Shown here: positions 36,081 to 46,692 of the stretch, piece after piece
Layout: the number at the start of each line of letters is the position of its first letter
How positions within the stretch are numbered: the first letter of the stretch is position 1
NCBI GenBank assembly: GCA_965645245.1
Contig: OZ287079.1
Span: 1,364,001 to 1,428,000 of the forward strand
Direction: 5' to 3'
DNA length: 64,000 nt
Source of the DNA: Massalongia carnosa
Taxonomy: Eukaryota
The notes under the pieces: model-generated
The model's input: the letters and a program-made list of their open reading frames with translations, nothing else
What the model was told of the DNA's origin: nothing
Database searches by the model: none
Translations under genes and position numbers: made by a program

Positions 36081-36445
36081 CTTGCGGCCGCCAAAGAGGG
36101 TATCCGTGGTATGTAGAACGCTCGTTGATCAGCAAGTCGCTCGCGGCGCAAAACGGGGACAGGCAGGCTTTTTGCAGTTATACTGAATGGGTCGAGGGGA
36201 GAAAATCGTGGTATGGAGCTTGGTCACGGGTGATGTTGTCTATATACAGCGTGACGATTTTGCAGGGTCACGCCTATAAGTGGGTTTATATCCCAAAGTC
36301 ACAGGCGATAAGGCCACTTTGCGAAGGACCGCCAAGCCAGCATTTTTTACTCAACCCCGCGGCCCCAAAAAATTCTCGGTCTCGGATAAGTATGTAAGTT
36401 CGCCGTAACGGGTAACGATTACTGCAGGCGCAATCGATATTAATA

Positions 36446-36880
36446 CGGGTACAGAGGCAAGCGGGTGACAAAAAAATGACAACGTGGGGGCCGTTTACCC
36501 CACCAAAATTTCTTCCTTTATTTCATTCTTATCCACCTTTTCACCATTATTCCTATATAAAATGCCCCGAAAATCTCATTATGATACGCCTCAAAAGTCC
36601 ATGATACAGATAATTCATAAATTTCTTGTTGTGAAAGATATTTCCCATGATGTTCGTGATATTTTCAGAGAATTTAACGTTGAGAAAAGAGCTAAATATT
36701 GAATAATTGAAGTAGGATCTTCTTTACGAACTCGTCACAATGTTACTGGACTAAATAAAACTCGAGATTGAAAATCAAAGATCACAGACGAGCAGATACG
36801 AGAAATTAATCATATTTTACAATACGATGATTTAATGCTCGAAGGCAAGGGTTATACTTGAAATCAAATTGTTCTCGAAA
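36446..36880 (+). mobile_element. 5' fragment of a mutated Tc1-like element related to the DD37E family
   Basis: HYDTPQKSMIQ resembles HATPTKAKVQ of 16088-16633. Confidence 0.55.
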
Positions 36881-37537
36881 TACGCCGCGCACCGGGTCGG
36901 GTTTCTCTACTGAAAACCCAACCCGTTTGTGGCGAATCCTATTATTTTTGGTGTCCGGGTTGAGTTTTCAGAGAAAAACCCGGTGGCGAAAAAGTAATTT
37001 TGTGGCGAAAACCCAACCTATTGCGCGGCGTAGGTTAAACCCGTCGGGTTTGTATCGGGTTGGACTCCCTCGAACCCGACCCGACGGGTACGGGTTTTTT
37101 ATGCGGGTTTCCGGGTTAAACCGTTCAACCCGGTCAGTTTTTTCTGCTAAGTAAATATGAAAATTCGACGAAAATATGCCGTTTAAAGAGCTATAATTTT
37201 TGCTTACTAATTATTATTTCTTGATGACTAATTTTCAGAATTTTCAGAATTTTCAAATGTGTTTAAAACGTCTAAAAAAACACATTTAAATTGATATAAA
37301 AAATTGTGACGAAGCGAGATAGTGAATAGATTTCTACTATTGCGCTACCTGTCCTTTACCAAAAGGCACAATACTTAGACCGCAGACCAAGCTCTATTCT
37401 ACTATAACTGAGACTCCTGCTATATTCGCTATAGGTCCTGCCGTCCGCACCACGTTTGGTTGAACCGTTATACTACCGCCCGTCTAGCTGCGGCTAGCCC
37501 CTAGCCGCTTCCAGTTATAGTTAGCCCCGAAGAATAG

Positions 37538-37773
37538 TGTTGAATGTTCAACTTCTACCAGCATTGCCTTGCCGATAGATTAGATAAGATCAGATCTAAT
37601 CTAATCACATAGAGGCTCGGATAAACTATTATCATCTCGCTTAGGAGAGGTGACCAACATAAAAGGAACAGATCGCTCTGCACTCCGTAGCAACTCTGCA
37701 TCCTTAACATCATGGTTATACAGGCCCCTATCTTTACATATTCATATAGCCATAGTCATAGATATATTCAACA
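37538..37773. mobile_element. Family-C solo LTR (236 bp, TGTTG...CAACA)
   Basis: TSD AATAG; inverted copy at 57854-58089. Confidence 0.9.
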
Positions 37774-38132
37774 AATAGGCTCCTCTTAGCGTACCGCTCT
37801 CGCCGATCCGACTTAGAGAGTTTTTATCCAACCCTTTCCCGTTTCGTCCTAGCTTCAGTCCGTCGAAGCAAGGCGAAAAAGCGAGGAACTCAGGTCAGGA
37901 ATCGAACTCACGACTAGTATACCGATTGATGACTAAGTATTCTGTGACGAAGCGAGATAGTGAATAGATTTCTACCAATGCGCCACCTGTCCTCCAGACC
38001 AAAAGGCATAATACTTAGTCCGCAGACCAAGCTCTATTCTACTATAACTGGGACTCCTACTATGTTCGCTATAGGTCCTGCCGTCCGCACCACGCTTGGT
38101 CGAACCGTTATACTACCGCCCGTCTAGCTGCG

Positions 38133-39162
38133 TGTAATACGGATGGCGCTAGAGGGATACGTGATCGCCTATGGCGGTTGCGGGATTAACTAGCGTGGAC
38201 CATGCCGTAGTACGAAGTCGCATAAGCCGTCGAGGCTGACACACTGCCATCTTGCCCCGAAACTTCGGAGTTATTGTTATCACGTTCTTGACTACTTACA
38301 GATCAAACACCTGTCGAGGCCGTGGTGGTAGATTGCCATGGAGTGTAAGGCGGACTCCTGTGGAGACGCCAAGGAACTCTATATGGGATCTACTGGCCTA
38401 CTCGGAGCTACTGGATCTCTTGATGGATCAAGAGAGGTAGCAGGAGGCACGGCTCGCTGGACGCAGCTTGAGCTAGGCTCCCTGGTGTAAACTTCAGCTT
38501 CAACCTTTATTACTACGTTGATAGTGATGTCGGCTGAATGAACCTACATGACCTCGTTGTCTAGACCTTGTGTTTAGAGGCAGGTCCGCAGTGTAGCGAG
38601 GTATTCAGTCGGAGGTAACCTTCCATCACTAGGTAGTGGTGACGGCGAAATGAAGCTACATAGCCTGAGGCATGTAGTGAGGGATCTAGCCGGGGGTAGA
38701 ATTGTTCTACCTTGCAAGGGAAGGTCTAGAAGGCTGCTCGAGGCTGACTAGATGATCCAGCGAACGCCGAGTTCGTGGATGGATCCTGAGGGATGGTTGG
38801 ATGTAATGCGATAAAGTCGGATGTGGATTGCAAGGCTGTAATGCTCGCAAGACTCCCAAGGCTTGCAAGGCTCCTAAGGTTCCAAGGCTCCCAAGGCTAT
38901 AGGCTTGGGGTGAGTAGGATAAATATCAGAACGAATCTTGTAGTATTCGTTAGCAATTAGTCTTTATTCTATGAACAACCTACGTTTGGGTCTCGGACGA
39001 GATCTCTTGGTCTAAGCACTTCCACATCCATTAGTTCTTTGGATCACGTATACTCTCGGAGACTAGCACGTAGTAGCTATCTTCCTCCTCTCACGCTGAG
39101 CATTTCCCCTTTCGAGATCAGTGTCGCTCGTGATAAGCTTACTGGTCTCGTAGCCCATTACA
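38133..39162 (+). mobile_element. Family-A solo LTR (1030 bp)
   Basis: TGTAAT...ATTACA, TSD CTGCG; near-identical to 49500-50529. Confidence 0.9.
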
Positions 39163-40387
39163 CTGCGGCTAGCCCCTAGCCGCTTCCAGTTATAGTTAGC
39201 GCCGAAGAATGGGTTCTTCTATGCGTACGGCCCTCGCCGATCCGACTTAGAGAGTTTTCATCCAACGCTTTCCCGTTTCGTCCTAGCTTTATTCCGTCGA
39301 AGCAAGGCGAAAAAGCGAGGAACTCAGGTCAGGAATCGAACTCACGACTAGTACATCGATTGATGGCTAAGTATTCTGTGAAGAAGCGAGATAGTGAATA
39401 GATTTCTACCATTGCGCCACCTGTCCTTCCCGACCAAAAGGCACAAAACTTAATCCGCAGACCAAGCTCTATTCTACTATAACTAGGACTCCTACTATAT
39501 TCGCTATAGGTCCTGCCGTCCGCACAATACTTAGTTGAACCATTACAAAAATCTACCGGGTCGAACGGGTCAAACGGGTTAACCCGGGAACGGTTCCCGA
39601 ACCCGGTAGTGGGTCGGGTTCGACTAGTCTAAACCCGACCCAACCCGACCTGTTGCGCGGCGTATGTCGAATTCTGAAATTTCTTATCATCTATCTCGTC
39701 ATCGTTATTATAGTTAGATCAAGTTATAAGAAACTGCTGATTAAGAAACCTCGACTACTAAGAAACTTAGACGAAAAGACCGATTTTTCCCTGATAAGGA
39801 TTAAGAAACCTCGCTCTATTAGAAAGTTTCTTAACTTTCTCTAAAAATTTTGCGGTGATTTTTCATAGTTAATATTACTTCTTCTTTGACTTTGAGATAT
39901 AATAATTGTCAGGACTCGGGTGTGGGAGCGCTAAATCCAACGGCTCTTTCCGACCGAAGCTTCGGAGATAAGCTTCTAGAGCCGGATGGAAACTTCGAGA
40001 AGAAGGGCAAACGGGCATATAGATTTCACATTCTTCTTTGTAGATAGATTTCTCTTCTTCATGCTTAGTCTCTTAGGTAGCTGACTACTATTCGTCTTCC
40101 CTGGATAGTGGTTCTTACATTAGACTAAGCATCTTCTTTAACCCTTGCTATCCTGAACACGATATTAAACCGTTCAACCAGGAAAATTAGAAGAAGAACC
40201 CGGAACTTAGACTAGAACCAGATCATAGGACCTTAGAAGCAAGGATTTCTAGGCCACCAGAATTACCAGAATCAAAAGAAGAACTCAGACCCAGAAGAAC
40301 CAGAACCCAGGATCGTAGAAACCAGGATTTCTCGGCCATCGAATAGAAGATCACAAGATAAGAACACCCCCAAGAAAGAAAGAAGAA

Positions 40388-41683
40388 ATGCCCCGAGTAA
40401 TCAGCGAGCCTCGAAGGAGTAGGCTCACTATGGACGAACCCATGGAGGGCCGACGTGAGTCCATTGTCCCTAATATTATCGATGATGACTCCCCATATAG
40501 CATCGACTCCGTGGATAGACTGAATGAATTTGTCCGCCAGGACCCCCAGCGGGTGGTGGAAATGATAACTGAGTTGAAGACGGAGTCCCGAACGAAGACC
40601 CACCTATTGAACAAGGTGGCCGAAAGATTCAATGAAACGTTAGAGATAGCCCGGACCCTTCGCGATGAGCGGGACTCGGCCCAAGAGGAATTGGATAAAG
40701 CTAAGGTGATAATCCAATTTCTTCAAAACACCAACATATCGTCCGCAAGCACCGTATCGGCCGAGAATGTGCATACACACACGACCACTACCGCGTCAAC
40801 ACCTGCCCCCGAAGGAGTTGGCAAATCTTCCAAGCTTCCTGACCCACCCATTCTCGAAAATAATAAAGACGACAACTTCGAGGACTGGCTATCTAGCATG
40901 CGAAATAAGCTAGAAGGCAATGCGGATTGGTACCCTACCGAGGCCATGAAAAAGGCATACGTACGGACTCGGGTTGGGGGTGAGGCAGTTAAGCATATAG
41001 CCTCTAGATTTAGAAAGGAGTCTACCAAACCATTTACCACTGCTGAAGAGATTTTCGATGATTTAAACCGAGTATATGGTGACCCTCACAAGGAACAAAC
41101 AGCACTGCGAGAATTCCGCGACCTTAAACAAGTGGGTAAATATCGAGAATTCCATGCCTTCTGGTCAGAATTCCAACGCTTAGCCAACGAACTTGAATAT
41201 TCCGAAAAGACCCTACTGAATGAGCTCCGCAACAAGATGAACTTTGAGCTCCAGAAGATGCTAGCCGTCGAGGCCTACAAGGCCACCGATTTGTATGAAT
41301 TCGCACGCCTATGCATGCATACTGATCAGACCATCCGCGAGGTTGAGACCAAGACGAAAGGCTATCGAAAGAACTTTGTTGGCCCCTCAGTACCTATCGC
41401 AAGCACGGCCGGTGGGACCACCTCCATCGTAAAGGCCTCCACCCCCGCATTAACCCGTACTCCCGCAATGCCTTCCGCCACCAGCAGCCGATCTTCAACG
41501 CCCTTTATGGCCCGAGCCCCCCATCCCGATCCAATCATGGAGAAAAGAATGAAGGAAGGAAGATGTTTTAACTGCGATCTGACCGGGCATATGGCCAAAG
41601 ACTGCCCTCAGCCTAGAAAGGGACGGGTTAGCGAGATGAGCGCAGAAGCAGAAGATTCGGGAAAAGACGCACCTCCGTCATAG
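40388..41683 (+). CDS. gag: Gag with CCHC knuckle
   Basis: KLPDPP..FEDW, CFNCDLTGHMAKDC. Confidence 0.95.
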   Translation: MPRVISEPRRSRLTMDEPMEGRRESIVPNIIDDDSPYSIDSVDRLNEFVRQDPQRVVEMITELKTESRTKTHLLNKVAERFNETLEIARTLRDERDSAQEELDKAKVIIQFLQNTNISSASTVSAENVHTHTTTTASTPAPEGVGKSSKLPDPPILENNKDDNFEDWLSSMRNKLEGNADWYPTEAMKKAYVRTRVGGEAVKHIASRFRKESTKPFTTAEEIFDDLNRVYGDPHKEQTALREFRDLKQVGKYREFHAFWSEFQRLANELEYSEKTLLNELRNKMNFELQKMLAVEAYKATDLYEFARLCMHTDQTIREVETKTKGYRKNFVGPSVPIASTAGGTTSIVKASTPALTRTPAMPSATSSRSSTPFMARAPHPDPIMEKRMKEGRCFNCDLTGHMAKDCPQPRKGRVSEMSAEAEDSGKDAPPS

Positions 41684-44600
41684 ACGCGGCGGGGGTAGAT
41701 GAGTTGGTTATCACATCTTTCTTTATGGAGGATGATTTATTCGATGACCATCCAGTAATGGAAGATTGTATCGTAGGAAATAAATTTAATACGAGAGCGA
41801 TGATTGATACTGGATCTACTGGTTATTGTTTTGTTGATAGACTAACTGCGCAGGAAATATGTGAAAAGGCTAATATCTCACCGGTGACGTTAAATAGACG
41901 GAAAGAGATAAAGGCATATGATGGAAGAAAAGGCAAGCCTATTACCCAGGCCATTTATCCATCTCTGAAAATTGGAAATCATACCGAGAGCTCAACACCA
42001 ATGTTGATCACCGAGCTGGGCCAACGAACGATTATTCTTGGCAAGCCTTGGATGCGAAAACATGGTGTTAGCTATCATGGGCATACGAATTCGATTTCTT
42101 TTCGTCCCGATCATTGCAATCATCTAGGTGCCCCTGAAAGGCCTTTCCCATCGTCGCCAATCAGGAGAGAAGAACCGGGCTCAACAAAGGACACCACGCC
42201 TATATTCCAACCAAAGAAGATATTGAAAAGAGACGAACCCGATGAAAAGAATCATAGCAACTCGAACCCGATTTCAGTTCGAAGATCAAGAAAGGAAGAT
42301 ATCTTGAAGCAAAAGTCTTGGAGAAAAGACGCCGAGAGCGAAGAAGCCCTGGATATAGCGATGATAGGTGCAGACCCATTTAATGTATTAACGAAACAAA
42401 AGGATGTCGAGATATTTGCAGTCTCGCTGAGAGATATCAACTTTGAACTAGCCAAGGGAGAAAAGCCAATCACCGATCCTAAGACCATAGTCCCCCCCGA
42501 GTATCACGATTTTCTTGATGTTTTCTCTAAGGAAAAAGCTGATGAACTGCCCCCTCATAGAAAGCATGACCATACCATCGAATTGCTAGAAGGTAAAGGA
42601 CCCGGGCATGCCCCGCTATATAATATGTCAGAGGGAGAACTCCTACCGGTCAAGAGATATTTGGAAGAAAATCTGAAGAAAGGATTTATTACAGCCAGCT
42701 CGGCCCCTTTTGCCTCGCCGATACTATTCGCCAAGAAACCGAGTGGAGGACTTCGGTTCTGCGTCGATTATCGAAAGCTAAACGAAATCACCAAAAAAAA
42801 TCGATATCCCCTACCTCTGATATCTGAGATAATGTCTCGATTGGCCAGGGCTAGATTTTTGACAAGAATAGATATTCGACATGCCTTTAACCGACTTAGG
42901 ATGAAAACCGAAAAGGACGAAGATCTCACAACCTTCCGCACGCGATTTGGGTCATATAAATCTCTAGTATTACCCTTCGGACTGACCAACGGCCCTGCTA
43001 CGTTTCAGAACTTCATCAACGATACCTTCTTAGAATATCTAGACGAATTCCTAATAGCCTATCTGGACGATCTCTTGGTTTATAGTGAAACCATGACTGA
43101 CCACCGAAAACATGTTCGAAAAGTTCTACAAAAGCTTCGAGAAGCTGGTATTCAGGCTGATGTGGATAAATGCGAATTCCATGTGACCGAAACAAAGTTC
43201 CTAGGAGTGGTAGTCGGGCGGAATGGGATCAAGATGGACCCTACCAAAATTGAGGCAGTCGTCGAATGGGCCATCCCTAGGCATCTTAAACAGGTGCAGG
43301 CCTTTCTAGGATTTATCAACTTTTATAGACGTTTTATCAAAGACTTCTCCAAAATAGCCAAACCCCTCGTACATCTAACTCGAAAAGACGAACCATTCAA
43401 TTGGACCCCAGCCTGCCAAGCAGCTTTTTCCGAATTGAAAAGACGGGTGACCGAGGCCCCGGTCCTCGCGCATTTCAGCCCAAGCCGAGAAACGTTCGTG
43501 GAATCGGATTCATCTGATTATGTGTCAGCCGGAGTATTATCGCAAAGAGGTGAAGATGGACTTATCAGACCAGTAGCCTTCTTTTCAAAGAGCCTGTTGC
43601 CAGCCGAATGCAATTATGAAATATACGATAAAGAATTGCTTGCAATAATCAAATGTTTCGAACAATGGAGGCCTGAGCTGCAATCCACCGAGCTCCCAAT
43701 CAAAGTGTTGACCGACCACAAAAGCTTGGAATATTTCATGACAACCAAAAAGCTAAATAGGCGACAGGCCAGATGGGCTGAATTTCTGGCCGATTTCAAT
43801 TTTGTCATCACATACCAAGCTGGAAAATTCCATACAAAGGCAGATGCACTAACTAGAAGACCAGGAGACAGGCCCGAATCAGAGGAAGATGACAGGCAAA
43901 GGCATCAACATCAGATAATCTTACCTCTCAAAAGCCTAGACCCTCAAATCCAAAAGGAAATGGGGTTTGAAATGAACGAGATCAACGCGGAAAAGTCGAA
44001 AGATCCGCTCGAGAATAATGCCAAACTATTTGTCCCCGAAGAAAAGAGAATGAAGCTGATACAGGAAGTTCACGATCAACCAGCCGTTGGCCATCCGGGA
44101 ATAAAGCGGACCTACGAGATGATGAAGAAATTCTTTTTTTGGCCAAAGATGAAAGGGACCATAGAACAATACATTCGAAATTGTCATACATGCAAAAGAG
44201 CAAAAGCTCCAAGGGACGGTTATTCCGGACTATTAAATCCGCTACCTATACCAGACCGGCCCTGGACAGATATATCAATGGATTTCGTAACTGGCCTACC
44301 TGAAAGCAAAGGTCATAATGCAATATTAATGGTAGTAGACCGATTTTCCAAGATGCATCATTACATTCCATGCACCACGGACGAAGAAGGGACAACTGCC
44401 GAAGAGACGGCCCGAATGCTAATAAAACATGTATGGAAATTGCATGGCCTACCGACCACGATAATCTCAGATAGGGGACCTCAATTCGTATCGCTAGTAT
44501 GGAAATCGCTATGCGTAATGCTGGGAATAAAAGCCAAGTTATCAACCGCATTCCATCCCGAGACCGACGGTCAAAGCGAAATATCCAATCAAGAAATGGA

Positions 44601-45366
44601 GCGATATCTGAGAACCTATGTCAATTATCAGCAAGATGACTGGACAGAGTGGCTATCGATGGCCGAGTTCGCATCAAATGCCTGTGTCTCAGCTTCAAGT
44701 GGATTATCTCCATTTCAGGTCAACTATGGGTTTGAACCGAGGATGAGCTTCTATCCGATTGACGCATCTACCGGATCGGCCAGAGAAAGAATATTGAAAA
44801 CTCGAGCAAAAAATATCGGCCAAGCAATGGAGAAAATCTGGGAATTCGGAAAAGAAAACCTAGTACGAAGCCAAGAAAGTCAGAAGAGATTCGCGGACAA
44901 TCATCGGGAGGAGGCACCAACCTATAAAGAAGGAGATGAAGTTTGGCTATCAACCAAAAATATCAAAACGGAAAGGCCTTCGAAAAAGCTAGATCATAAG
45001 ATGATCGGACCGTACAAGATATTAAAAGCTTTGGGGAATAGCTATAAGTTAGATCTTCCAGCATCGATGAAAATACACGATGTTTTCCATTCATCATTAC
45101 TCCGACCAGCAAGTAAAGACCCATTGCCCGGACAAATACCCCCGCCTCCACCACCAGTAATTATTGACAACGAGGAAGAATTTGAAATTGATGATATTTT
45201 GGATTCAAGAACTTTCAACAAGAAGCTACAATACAAGGTAAAATGGAGCAATTACCCACCGGATAACACATGGTATCCGGCCGAAGATTTTGCGAATTCA
45301 AAAGAAACTGTGGAAGAATATCATCGGAAATATCCAAAGAAGCCGCGACCGAAGCTAATCACATGA
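41659..45366 (+). CDS. pol: Pol (PR-RT-RNase H-IN-chromodomain), -1 frame relative to gag
   Basis: MIDTGS, YLDD, ESDSSD, HHCC zinc finger, SMDF/SDRG/E, GPY, YKVKW chromodomain. Confidence 0.97.
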   Translation, partial: GKRRTSVIDAAGVDELVITSFFMEDDLFDDHPVMEDCIVGNKFNTRAMIDTGSTGYCFVDRLTAQEICEKANISPVTLNRRKEIKAYDGRKGKPITQAIYPSLKIGNHTESSTPMLITELGQRTIILGKPWMRKHGVSYHGHTNSISFRPDHCNHLGAPERPFPSSPIRREEPGSTKDTTPIFQPKKILKRDEPDEKNHSNSNPISVRRSRKEDILKQKSWRKDAESEEALDIAMIGADPFNVLTKQKDVEIFAVSLRDINFELAKGEKPITDPKTIVPPEYHDFLDVFSKEKADELPPHRKHDHTIELLEGKGPGHAPLYNMSEGELLPVKRYLEENLKKGFITASSAPFASPILFAKKPSGGLRFCVDYRKLNEITKKNRYPLPLISEIMSRLARARFLTRIDIRHAFNRLRMKTEKDEDLTTFRTRFGSYKSLVLPFGLTNGPATFQNFINDTFLEYLDEFLIAYLDDLLVYSETMTDHRKHVRKVLQKLREAGIQADVDKCEFHVTETKFLGVVVGRNGIKMDPTKIEAVVEWAIPRHLKQVQAFLGFINFYRRFIKDFSKIAKPLVHLTRKDEPFNWTPACQAAFSELKRRVTEAPVLAHFSPSRETFVESDSSDYVSAGVLSQRGEDGLIRPVAFFSKSLLPAECNYEIYDKELLAIIKCFEQWRPELQSTELPIKVLTDHKSLEYFMTTKKLNRRQARWAEFLADFNFVITYQAGKFHTKADALTRRPGDRPESEEDDRQRHQHQIILPLKSLDPQIQKEMGFEMNEINAEKSKDPLENNAKLFVPEEKRMKLIQEVHDQPAVGHPGIKRTYEMMKKFFFWPKMKGTIEQYIRNCHTCKRAKAPRDGYSGLLNPLPIPDRPWTDISMDFVTGLPESKGHNAILMVVDRFSKMHHYIPCTTDEEGTTAEETARMLIKHVWKLHGLPTTIISDRGPQFVSLVWKSLCVMLGIKAKLSTAFHPETDGQSEISNQEMERYLRTYVNYQQDDWTEWLSMAEFASNACVSASSGLSPFQVNYGFEPRMSFYPIDASTGSARERILKTRAKNIGQAMEKIWEFGKENLVRSQESQKRFADNHREEAPTYKEGDEVWLSTKNIKTERPSKKLDHKMIGPYKILKALGNSYKLDLPASMKIHDVFHSSLLRPASKDPLPGQIPPPPPPVIIDNEEEFEIDDILDSRTFNKKLQYKVKWSNYPPDNTWYPAEDFANSKETVEEYHRKYPKKPRPKLIT

Positions 45367-45800
45367 CAGCGATCAGGAGCTCGCTAACCAAGAGGGGGGG
45401 TAGTGTCAGGACTCGGGTGTGGGAGCGCTAAATCCAACGGCTCTTTCCGACCGAAGCTTCGGAGATAAGCTTCTAGAGCCGGATGGAAACTTCGAGAAGA
45501 AGGGCAAACGGGCATATAGATTTCACATTCTTCTTTGTAGATAGATTTCTCTTCTTCATGCTTAGTCTCTTAGGTAGCTGACTACTATTCGTCTTCCCTG
45601 GATAGTGGTTCTTACAATAATCAAAATTCTAAGATTCTATCTTCTTTATCTCGAAATTCTCGAAAACGTTCTACATCCTCGAACGACCCTCTGATTACGT
45701 AATTCGGGTTAGGCGTTGTTGAGTTATCGGCTATTGCTAAAAATAATCGGACAAATTATTTTTCAAATTATTTTTTGTCTAATTAGTATTACTCAGTCAA

Positions 45801-46383
45801 CGATCGCATAACAGGCGCCTATACACAGGAAAAGACTTAAGGCACACAAGTTACTAGACAAAGCGCAAAGCTCACTAGTAATACAGATAAGAACGGAAAA
45901 AATCGGACTAGCCAACTTTCTATATCGGCGCAAGGTGCCAGATGTGAACTCGGCGGCATGTCCCTGCGGAAGCCTCTTACAAACAGCCAAACATGTAATC
46001 ATGTTCTGCAGACTGCACGAAAACAGAACGCACATGCTACGAACGGCAGGCTCGTCAGACTACCGCATGCTAATCACCGAACCTAAAGATCTTAAAGTAG
46101 TAACCGCGTGGCTCATGTGCACAGGTATTTTAACACAGTATTCCATTGCTACGCAACTGCTTGAACAGCAGCCGGGCAGTCTCTCTTTAGTTTGAAAAAC
46201 AGGTATCGCAGATTTTCGATATACAGGAATCAATCTGCGGGAGCGGCGAACCCCCGATGAAGCGGATACGCCGGAGTAGTTTTTCACCTTTGGGTTTTCT
46301 ACTTATTATATAGCTTATATAGCATCTCCCGCATGGGCCGGCCATCGGCCGGTAACACAACGGCGTAAGAATAATAAAATCAA
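45801..46383 (+). mobile_element. 5'-truncated LINE 3' end
   Basis: IQIRTEKIGL..CPCG..QTAKHVIMFC; stem-loop; TSD ATTACTCAGTCAA at 45788-45800 and 46384-46396. Confidence 0.9.
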
Positions 46384-46692
46384 ATTACTCAGTCAATTCT
46401 AGTCCAAAAAGGTAATTTTTTGTCATTTTATAGCTCTTATTCTGAAGTACTTTGTGATATAATATACAAAATTTGTAACTAAGACTGAAGTTTATATCTT
46501 GATCCGACAGAAACCCGAAAATTTGTCAAACGGTCACTCTAAAAGTGTAGAGCGCTTCGAGAGCAGTAAGTTAATCACGAGCGACACTGATCTCGAAAGG
46601 GGAAATGCTCAGCGTGAGAGGTAGAAGATAGCTACTACGTGCTGGTTTCCGAGAGTATACGTGATCCAAAGAACTAATGGATATAGAAGTGC

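Larger units (their letters stand above)
37305..39547 (-). mobile_element. Tandem TRIM (LTR-I-LTR-I-LTR) with two solo-LTR insertions
   Basis: Three TRIM LTRs, single TSD AAAAT. Confidence 0.88.
36881..39664. mobile_element. Non-autonomous hAT-like element carrying the tandem TRIM; similar left end at 48510
   Basis: TACGCCGCGCA...TGCGCGGCGTA termini, dense ACCCG/CGGGT subterminal repeats, flanks TCTCGAAA/TGTCGAAT (6/8). Confidence 0.6.
39907..45616 (+). mobile_element. Intact chromoviral Ty3/Gypsy retrotransposon (213-bp LTRs at 39907-40119 and 45404-45616)
   Basis: LTRs appear identical, TSD ATAAT, PPT AAGAGGGGGGG, open gag and pol. Confidence 0.98.

Noticed and set aside
33050..36440. Starship captain or DIRS-type recombinase
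   Set aside because: Motifs and the GCR1_C-like tail fit CryptonF; no RT and no cargo structure seen
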